Source of the DNA: an uncultured Gammaproteobacteria bacterium
Lineage (GTDB): Bacteria; Patescibacteriota; Patescibacteriia; UBA2591; UBA6264
Direction of reading: 5' to 3'
Length of the DNA: 14,810 nt
Assembly (NCBI GenBank): GCA_964617525.1
Contig: CAZTWG010000008.1
Coordinates: 1 to 14,810 of the forward strand
Part shown: one piece after another, positions 8,806-14,760 of the stretch
Layout of the letters: every line of letters starts with the position of its first letter
Numbering within the stretch: the first letter of the stretch is position 1
The notes under the pieces: model-generated
Seen by the model: the letters and a program-made list of their open reading frames with translations, nothing else
Told to the model about the DNA's origin: nothing
Database searches by the model: none
Position numbers and translations under genes: made by a program

Positions 8806-9096
8806 ATGTTAGATTTAGCAAAAAAAACAATTTTAGCCAGTTTGGGAGTTTTATCGCTTACCAAAGAAAAGGCTGAAAAAATAACTAAGGAATTGGTTAA
8901 GCGTGGCGAAGTAGCAAAAACTGAAGAGGCAAAGTTTGTCAAAGATTTAATGGAACGAGCAGAAAAAGGCAGAGTTGACGTGGAAAAGAAAATAGAGAAG
9001 GCAGTAAAAAAGACTTTAGTAAAGTTAGAAATTCCTACACGTAAAGAGATGAAGGAATTAAGAACAAAGATTGATAAATTAAGTAAGAATCGATAA
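8806..9096 (+). CDS. phasin-family / COG3937-like small coiled-coil protein
   Basis: The 96-aa protein follows the pattern LASLGVLSLTKEKAEKITKELVKRGEV...EKKIEKAVKKTLVKLEIPTRKEMKELRTKIDKL. This is characteristic of proteins annotated as polyhydroxyalkanoate synthesis regulator phasin. The gene ends 13 nt upstream of an ABC1/UbiB kinase gene. Confidence 0.7.
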   Translation: MLDLAKKTILASLGVLSLTKEKAEKITKELVKRGEVAKTEEAKFVKDLMERAEKGRVDVEKKIEKAVKKTLVKLEIPTRKEMKELRTKIDKLSKNR

Positions 9097-9109
9097 AGTA
9101 AAGAGATTT

Positions 9110-10774
9110 ATGTTTAACTTTAAAAAGTTAAATGAGATTAAGCGAAGCAGGCAGATTATGCATGTCATGGTTAAATATGGATTAGATTATTTTATTGATC
9201 GCTCAAAAATAGGTTTTTCGTTAAAAATAAGAAAAAAGCCAAGAAGTTACCAGAAGCTGGCTATGCCAGAGAGGTTACGCTTGGCTTTAGAAGAATTGGG
9301 CCCGACTTTTGTTAAATTTGGGCAAACCTTAAGCGCCAGACCGGATTTTATTCCACCAGCATTTATAAAAGAACTAGAAAAACTCCAAGATAGAGTTCCT
9401 CCCTTTAGTAGTTTTTGTGCACAAAAAATTATAGAAAAAGAATTAAATAAACCGCTTAAAGAACTATTTAAGAAATTTGAAACAGTACCAGTCGCCTCAG
9501 CTTCCTTAAGCCAGGTTCACAAAGCGACTTTATTTAACAACGAAATTGTCGCGGTAAAAATTCAAAGACCACATATCAAAGAAATAATCGAATTAGACAT
9601 AAGGATTTTAGAAAAATTAGCCGGGTTTTTCGAGAATCGCATTCATAACAGCTTGGTTTATCAGCCAAAATTAATAGTCGCTGAAATTAAAAAAACAATA
9701 AGGAAAGAAATTGATTTTACCAACGATGCTTATAATTTTGAAAAATTTAGGATAAACTTTAAAGATGTTGAATATATTAAGGTGCCAAAGATTTATTGGG
9801 AAATGTCAACAACCAAAGTTTTAACGATGGAATTTATAGAAGGAACTAAAGTTAATGAAATTACTCAAGATAAATATAAGAATGTTTTTGAAGCAAAGAA
9901 GGTAGCTAAGCAAGGAGCCGACGCGATTCTTAAACAAATCTTAGAGGATGGATTTTTTCACGCCGATCCTCATCCGGCCAATATTTTAGTGCAACCACCT
10001 GACACAATTGTAATGCTAGACGCGGGAATGGTCGGCTACTTAGACGAAAAAACAACTCTCAGTGGGGCAAAATTATTGCGGGCGATTATTGACAAAGATT
10101 CAGACCAAGTTATAAATAACCTTGAAAAATTAGGCGTCATTATCAAAGAATTTGACAAAAATTTATTTCGGCAAGATTTGAAAGAATTACTTGACCGTTA
10201 TTTGGGCGTTCCATTAAAAAACTTAGAAATCAGTAAAGTTAGCCAGGATATTTTCAGAATAATGATTCAACATCATTTAGTATTGCCATCTAATTTGGTT
10301 TTAATGATTAAAGCTCTCTCGACAGTAGAAACAACAGGCAGACAACTTGATCCTGATTTTGACATGGTGTCCGCAACGAAACCTTTTGTCAAAAACCTTT
10401 TGCGAAAAAAGTTTTCGCCCCGAGAATTATTGGGCAAAAGCAACACTATACTTCAAGAAAGCGTTGAGTTAATTGAGCAATTACCTCGGGATTTAACTGA
10501 TATCTTACGCAAAGTTAAAGAAGGCAAGTTAAAGTTTAATTTTAAACATCAAGGCTTAGAGAAATTAACCATGGAGATTGATCGTTCTAGCAATCGCCTT
10601 TCGTTTAGCTTGATTATTGCAGCTTTAATTATCGGCTCTTCTTTAATTTTACAACAGAAAACCGGCCCATTTATTCTCGGTTATTCGGCTCTAGGAATTA
10701 TCGGATATATCCTAGCCAGTTTTTTGGGATTAGGATTAATTATATCAATCTTAAAGTCTGGTAAGTGGAAATAA
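9110..10774 (+). CDS. ABC1/AarF/UbiB family atypical kinase with two C-terminal TM helices
   Basis: All family motifs are intact: LGPTFVKFGQTLSARPDFIPPAFIKELEKLQDRVPPF (KxGQ region), ASASLSQVHKA, VAVKIQRP, EIDFTNDAYNFEKF, FFHADPHPANILV (catalytic loop) and MLDAGMVG. The C-terminus has LSFSLIIAALIIGSSLIL and ALGIIGYILASFLGLGLIISIL. Confidence 0.9.
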   Translation: MFNFKKLNEIKRSRQIMHVMVKYGLDYFIDRSKIGFSLKIRKKPRSYQKLAMPERLRLALEELGPTFVKFGQTLSARPDFIPPAFIKELEKLQDRVPPFSSFCAQKIIEKELNKPLKELFKKFETVPVASASLSQVHKATLFNNEIVAVKIQRPHIKEIIELDIRILEKLAGFFENRIHNSLVYQPKLIVAEIKKTIRKEIDFTNDAYNFEKFRINFKDVEYIKVPKIYWEMSTTKVLTMEFIEGTKVNEITQDKYKNVFEAKKVAKQGADAILKQILEDGFFHADPHPANILVQPPDTIVMLDAGMVGYLDEKTTLSGAKLLRAIIDKDSDQVINNLEKLGVIIKEFDKNLFRQDLKELLDRYLGVPLKNLEISKVSQDIFRIMIQHHLVLPSNLVLMIKALSTVETTGRQLDPDFDMVSATKPFVKNLLRKKFSPRELLGKSNTILQESVELIEQLPRDLTDILRKVKEGKLKFNFKHQGLEKLTMEIDRSSNRLSFSLIIAALIIGSSLILQQKTGPFILGYSALGIIGYILASFLGLGLIISILKSGKWK

Positions 10775-10798
10775 TTTATAATATGTTAAAATTTTAAA

Positions 10799-11002
10799 AA
10801 ACCAAAAAATTGGTTTAAAATTATCATGATTTTTGGGGTCGATCTTTGGGGTCAGACCCCATTTAAAAAAGAGAAATTCGGCTATGCCGAATTTAGGAAA
10901 ATTTTCTGCAAGAAAATTTACCCCTTAATCGCTGTTATATTCTTCAGAAAGGAAGGAACAAAAAATAGTCTGTAAGGCTGTTTTTTTTTGCGAAGCAAAA
11001 AA
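10799..11002. other. run of five short perfect hairpins between convergent genes
   Basis: Hairpin 1: AAACCAA (10799-10805) / TTGGTTT (10810-10816). Hairpin 2: TGGGGT (10847-10852) cag ACCCCA (10856-10861). Hairpin 3: AAATTCGGC (10874-10882) tat GCCGAATTT (10886-10894). Hairpin 4: AAATTTTCT (10899-10907) gca AGAAAATTT (10911-10919). Hairpin 5: TTTTTTGC (10984-10991) gaa GCAAAAAA (10995-11002). On the minus strand the 10874-10894 hairpin is followed by CTCTTTTTT, which looks like a terminator for the 62-aa ORF. Confidence 0.5.
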
Positions 11003-11026
11003 TTTCCGAAGAGTTGAGTTTTGAAA

Positions 11027-11215
11027 TCATTTCTTTTTTAATCCTTTAAGTGAATAGAAAAGAACTTTCCAGTGCTGAATAATATGTATAATAATAAGAA
11101 CTAAAAAAATTGGTTGAATAATCTTTGCGAAAGGTAGATTGATAAATTTTGATACTATCATTAGTATAAACATTATTATCAACAACCAATCTATAATTAA
11201 AACATTCTTTTTCAT
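11027..11215 (-). CDS. hypothetical small membrane protein (62 aa, two predicted TM helices)
   Basis: This is an ORF-track entry. It has two hydrophobic stretches (LIIDWLLIIMFILMIVSKF and IIQPIFLVLIIIHII) with Lys-rich ends. I recognised no family, and coding status is uncertain in AT-rich DNA. Confidence 0.4.
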   Translation of the reverse strand: MKKNVLIIDWLLIIMFILMIVSKFINLPFAKIIQPIFLVLIIIHIIQHWKVLFYSLKGLKKK

Positions 11216-11278
11216 AATATTACATTAAGTTATTATTTATATATAAATCTCTTTCTAAATAATTTCAAGACACGATTG

Positions 11279-11390
11279 GATATAACATTTGCGTATATCT
11301 GATGTTTGCCCTAGCGTAGCGAGGGCAAATATGGACGAAGAATTTCGCAAAAAGCCGTAGCCAGATATGCCGTGTTATCGGATGTATCTG
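11279..11390. other. second run of tandem hairpins, immediately downstream of the kinase-like gene
   Basis: Hairpin 1: GATATA (11279-11284) / TATATC (11294-11299). Hairpin 2: TTTGCCCT (11305-11312) / AGGGCAAA (11322-11329), extendable to 11302-11332. Hairpin 3: CGAA (11336-11339) / TTCG (11344-11347). Hairpin 4: CAGATA (11362-11367) / TATCTG (11385-11390) with an inner CCG/CGG. None is followed by a U-tract. Confidence 0.4.
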
Positions 11391-11414
11391 AAGCAAAATG
11401 ATAACCCAAAAATT

Positions 11415-12173
11415 TTATATTTTTAATGATATTATTTCTTCGATTTTTTGCCGATCCTCTGGTGAAAAACTTGAAATCCTTTGTATCAATTTCTCTTTGT
11501 CTAAATGCGAACCCTCCCAATCAACTGGGACAATGCCGGTAACTGTCTTAAGTCCAACATCCAAACCAAACACCATGTCTTTGTGCTTCCATTTGCGATA
11601 AATGCCAAATTCTTCTAATTTTTCTTTGAATGCGCTCATATGTTCTTCGATTTGTCTTTGTATTGGCCATTCATCTTCGGTAGTTAAACCAAGCTTGCCA
11701 AGCACTTCTTTGTCTCTTTTTGTCCAAGTATATCCCCTCACCCTCTCCATCAGGGTAAATGAATTATCGCCTTGCTCCACAAATCCGATTGGTTTGGCAG
11801 AAGGCAAGTCAAGAATTTGGCACAAAGACATCATTTTATATTCGAGTAAAGGATCTTCAAGTTTTTCGACTCCGGCCTCAGTTCTTGTCCTAACTTTTTC
11901 GAGATTAACCTTTTTGCTGACTGGCTGGATAGTCTCACCTTGATTATTTCGCCATTCGGGCAAAAATTTAGAAGCGGTCGGGTCTTCTCGAACACTCCCA
12001 TTAGCGCGATACTTTATTTCTCCCGATTTGATATTTTCTCCGCGCTCTTCTATATATCTTTGTGGATTGTCTCTAAAATCTTCCGGCAAGAAATCATTAT
12101 ATTGGCTTTCAATATATAACTCGGGTTTATTTTCTTGATTTTCAGTGCTTAGACCCTTTTCAAATGAAAACAT
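11415..12173 (-). CDS. hypothetical protein with a possible minimal protein-kinase-like / APH-like fold (divergent)
   Basis: The intact 252-aa ORF is more GC-rich than the backbone. Its motif order resembles aminoglycoside-phosphotransferase or RIO-like kinases. The sequence LLEYKMMSLCQILDLPSAKPIGFV looks like an alphaC Glu followed by a P-containing strand. TLMERVRGYTW looks like the hinge. KHKDMVFGL (H197-x-D199) looks like the catalytic loop, and IVPVDWEGS (D218) like the metal-binding Asp. The usual Asn five residues after the catalytic Asp is Leu, and there is no Gly-rich loop. Confidence 0.7.
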   Translation of the reverse strand: MFSFEKGLSTENQENKPELYIESQYNDFLPEDFRDNPQRYIEERGENIKSGEIKYRANGSVREDPTASKFLPEWRNNQGETIQPVSKKVNLEKVRTRTEAGVEKLEDPLLEYKMMSLCQILDLPSAKPIGFVEQGDNSFTLMERVRGYTWTKRDKEVLGKLGLTTEDEWPIQRQIEEHMSAFKEKLEEFGIYRKWKHKDMVFGLDVGLKTVTGIVPVDWEGSHLDKEKLIQRISSFSPEDRQKIEEIISLKI

Positions 12174-12385
12174 AAAATTTTTGAATTAACGTTAGCGACG
12201 AAGAGTTCGCTCCCGAGTGTCTTATAAAATTCTGCATAACAGACAATAGTTTAAAGGGAAACCTCCGTCGTTTTACTATTTTTATAGCTATTTTATATCT
12301 TTTGAAGGTAAATTTTGATAGTACTTAATTCACTTTATTTTGCATCTCCCCTTGGTTATCCTTGAGTTTTTTAACTTTAATTACA

Positions 12386-13426
12386 TTACCCCTTAAACAA
12401 CGTCCCATGATATGCATGTATAAAAGTTTTTGCAAAAGTAACCAGCCAAAAAATAACTAAAAGCCAATATAGAGCAAAACCAATGTAATCTATTAGTTGA
12501 ATCCCAAATAGTGATGATATTGTATGGCTTGCAGCTACATATGCTCCGAGGGGAAACGTAAAAGCCCACCAAGACATTGCATAGGGAAGTTTCAGTCTTT
12601 TTATGTAGTGAACAGTCATTACAATAGCCATTATAACCCACCATATACCAAATCCCCAGAACAGAAATCCAAACACAAAAAAAGGTTCCTTCACTACTAC
12701 AAAGGATGAGTTTTTGATTAGGTTAATCAACGCAATAGTTCCCACTCCGATAGGTCCAAGATTTATCCATATGGTTGGAGCGAGCGTGTTCGGTAGAGGA
12801 CGATGAAGAATAAAACGATACATTGTTATAGCCAACAAGGCAAGATAAATAAAAAATCCAGAGCCCCATCCAAAATAGTTAAGGAATATAACAAACTCTT
12901 GTACCATTCCTGAAACGTGTGGAATAATTAAGCTTCCCGCGATAGGGATTACAATCAGCCCGACCGGAGGGATAAACCATGCTGGATTTATATGATCAAG
13001 CTTAACATGCTCACCCCTGAACATTGTGTATAGCGTTAATATGCTGAAGAATATTGTCCCTAGTGTTCCTACAAACCAGAAGATCTCTCCCATTTTTATG
13101 TTTTTGCCGATTACAATAAAATCCGCTGCCAGAACAAGCATGGCTATCGCTATTGTGGCGTAGAAGTTTGAGAGTACAGGATGTTTTAAATCGTTCAAGG
13201 CTTCTTTTTTGAAAAATATCCATCTAAGAACCCATGGGATTAATAAAACAAAAAATAGGATAACGTTGAAGTAAAACAAGATATAAGCTAAATTTTTCAA
13301 AATAGGAACATACTGGGAGTAAAATAAGCTGGTCATAGCCAGTATTCCTGTTCCCATAACACTTGCAAACCAAGATGGCGTAAAATTCTTAATGACTTGG
13401 CATTTACATTCTATATCTCTTAACAT
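12386..13426 (-). CDS. TDT family transporter (TehA / Mae1 / SLAC1-like, tellurite-resistance/dicarboxylate transporter family)
   Basis: The 346-aa protein has about 10 TM segments. The N-terminal signature FTPSWFASVMGTGILAMTS is typical of the family (f.p.wFa.vMGTGil). Length and hydrophobicity also fit. Confidence 0.82.
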   Translation of the reverse strand: MLRDIECKCQVIKNFTPSWFASVMGTGILAMTSLFYSQYVPILKNLAYILFYFNVILFFVLLIPWVLRWIFFKKEALNDLKHPVLSNFYATIAIAMLVLAADFIVIGKNIKMGEIFWFVGTLGTIFFSILTLYTMFRGEHVKLDHINPAWFIPPVGLIVIPIAGSLIIPHVSGMVQEFVIFLNYFGWGSGFFIYLALLAITMYRFILHRPLPNTLAPTIWINLGPIGVGTIALINLIKNSSFVVVKEPFFVFGFLFWGFGIWWVIMAIVMTVHYIKRLKLPYAMSWWAFTFPLGAYVAASHTISSLFGIQLIDYIGFALYWLLVIFWLVTFAKTFIHAYHGTLFKG

Positions 13427-13431
13427 AAAGA

Positions 13432-13438
13432 CACCTCC
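13432..13438 (-). promoter_or_regulatory. strong Shine-Dalgarno GGAGGTG, 5 nt upstream of the TDT transporter ATG
   Basis: The minus strand reads tcGGAGGTGtctttATG. No other start codon in the window is preceded by a GGAGG-like element at a functional 5-9 nt spacing. Confidence 0.6.
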
Positions 13439-13466
13439 GATATTTTAATTTTTTGAATTATCTGTA

Positions 13467-13880
13467 TCATATTTTTTTAATTTTCTTATTTGTAAGTCTA
13501 CAATACACCTTTTATTCCTCTCTCCTTGATTCAATAACCCCTAAACTTTCAGACTCCACCAATTGAATTGAAACTGTTGATTAGTTTCTTTTTGTGAATG
13601 GAACAATTTCACAAACATACTTTTCTCCGTTAAGAAGAAATCCAACTATTTTTAATCTTGTCTCCTCACATAATACTTTGAATATTTTTAGTAATTCTCT
13701 TATATTGATATATTGATAAGTGTAAATATATATAAAGTTTAGAGTTTTGTAAAGAAGAAATGCTGGAGGTATTGAGCGCGGGACTTCCCATGATTCTAAT
13801 CTTTTGGCGAAGGGCAAATCGAATATAACGTTCCGGCATATACAATGTTGCGAGTGAGCGTAGTGGTATAATTTTCTCAC
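13467..13880 (-). pseudogene. ArsR/SmtB family metalloregulator interrupted by two in-frame TAA codons
   Basis: The track ORF (13581-13880) ends ...IRELLKIFKVLCEETRLKIVGFLLNGEKYVCEIVPFTKRN*. I continued the same frame by hand and obtained STVSIQLVESESLGVIESRREE*KVYCRLTNKKIKKI(TGA at 13467-13469). Ignoring the stops at 13581-13583 and 13512-13514, this is a complete ArsR winged-HTH. The 5' boundary is uncertain, because homology only starts near 13703. Confidence 0.6.
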
Positions 13881-13965
13881 CTCCTAAGCCAAAAGCGAAG
13901 CAATATGTATATACCCGTGTTAGGCGATGCGCCTGAAACAATTACCATAAATCATTTGAACAATT

Positions 13966-14760
13966 TTATACCGCTCCTGTGCCATATATCTTTTTTTCTT
14001 TTGTTAGCATATCCGTACATATGACTTTTCGTCCGAATGGCTTAGTGTTGTCTGTTCCCATATCCCTCAAGTTATCAGTAGTCAAAGGAGTTTCCGGCGT
14101 GAATACTTTCGGTGGCCAGCTATCTTTTTGCGTTAATGAGTGTGTAGGATCAAAAACATAGTTACCGTCCTCAAGTACGAGAAACGTATGTCTGTCGGCA
14201 AGCTGATCTTCAATATCGTCCGTAAATGCTCCGACAACTATAGATGATTGAATCTCCAGTTTTTCTAAGACATATTGCGCCAGTAAAGAGTATTCTCCAC
14301 AAACAGCAAGCCCTTTAGTTTCTGAAAGAGGTTTTACACAAACTTTTTTACCGTCTGCAGTTTGAGCAACGTAATCACTAAAACTTTGATTTCTTTTAAA
14401 CTCGGAGCCTGGATCCCCCAGCACGTTTCTGACGATTCTTGCTGTTCTCCAACATAAATTAAGCAATCTTCTTTTATCTTCATCTAAATCAGGGGCTTGC
14501 TGTTTCAACTTGCCGACGGCTTCAAAAAGCTCTTCAAGTTTCTCTGGTGTTACAACTTTTAACTTTTCGGCAAACGCCGAAAAATCACATCTTAGATAAA
14601 AGTCACCATCTGTCAAACTGCGCCCGATTAATACATCTTCACCCTCGTCAACGTGTGGAATCAAAAATTCCTCGTCATAAGCTGTCAGCGGTTCCATTTC
14701 AGCACGGTTGATAATCGCAACTTTCTCTTGATCTGGTTTGTATTCTTGGGCTTCAAACAT
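13966..14760 (-). CDS. hypothetical protein with a transglutaminase-like / papain-fold Cys-His-Asp core
   Basis: The ORF is intact. The track starts it at TTG 14772, but ATG at 14760 (MFEAQEY...) is more plausible. Its core reads KGLAVCGEYSLLAQYVLEKLEIQSSIVVGAF...DRHTFLVLEDGNYVFDPT. Numbering from the TTG start, this gives Cys158, His195 (37 residues later) and Asp208 (13 residues after that). That order and spacing match the transglutaminase-core / NAT-like triad. Confidence 0.7.
   Translation of the reverse strand: MFEAQEYKPDQEKVAIINRAEMEPLTAYDEEFLIPHVDEGEDVLIGRSLTDGDFYLRCDFSAFAEKLKVVTPEKLEELFEAVGKLKQQAPDLDEDKRRLLNLCWRTARIVRNVLGDPGSEFKRNQSFSDYVAQTADGKKVCVKPLSETKGLAVCGEYSLLAQYVLEKLEIQSSIVVGAFTDDIEDQLADRHTFLVLEDGNYVFDPTHSLTQKDSWPPKVFTPETPLTTDNLRDMGTDNTKPFGRKVICTDMLTKEKKIYGTGAV

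Noticed and set aside
10835-10980. Resemblance to a tmRNA 5' end (GGGGTCGATC...) and to the SRP RNA GGAA-loop region (CAGAAAGGAAGGAACA)
   Set aside because: No tRNA-like 3' T-arm or CCA end and no tag reading frame lies downstream. The flanks of the GGAA element cannot pair as in SRP helix 8.
10990-10996. The GCGAAGC heptamer, a well-known very stable mini-hairpin, occurs twice (10990-10996 and 13894-13900)
   Set aside because: About two occurrences of any 7-mer are expected on both strands of 15 kb, so the repetition itself is not significant.
11311-11943. Track ORFs 11311..11520 (-), 11398..11601 (+) and 11602..11943 (+)
   Set aside because: They overlap or lie antisense to the better-supported 252-aa gene or the hairpin block, and their translations are Ser/Leu/Cys-rich nonsense.
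12393-13223. Track ORFs 12393..12644 (-), 12524..12709 (+) and 13011..13223 (-)
   Set aside because: They are alternative-frame or antisense shadows inside the TDT transporter gene.
13467-13583. Genome-wide reassignment of TAA to a sense codon as the explanation for the in-frame stops in the ArsR gene
   Set aside because: marR, the adaptor, the RND pump, ubiB, the TDT transporter, the kinase-like gene and the transglutaminase-like gene all end sensibly at TAA. Reading past the two I translated by hand (the transporter and the transglutaminase-like gene) gives nonsense. The code appears standard, so a local nonsense mutation is the simpler reading.
11305-13862. Shared short motifs (TTTGCCCT/AGGGCAAAT, AGCGTAG) between the 11305-11330 hairpin and the 13804-13862 region, suggesting a dispersed repeat
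   Set aside because: The matches are only 7-9 nt, are not collinear, and hundreds of chance 9-mer pairs are expected in a window this size.
13666-14161. Track ORFs 13666..13941 (-) and 13979..14161 (+)
   Set aside because: The first spans promoter-like TA-rich DNA and has an implausible sequence. The second is antisense to the transglutaminase-like gene.
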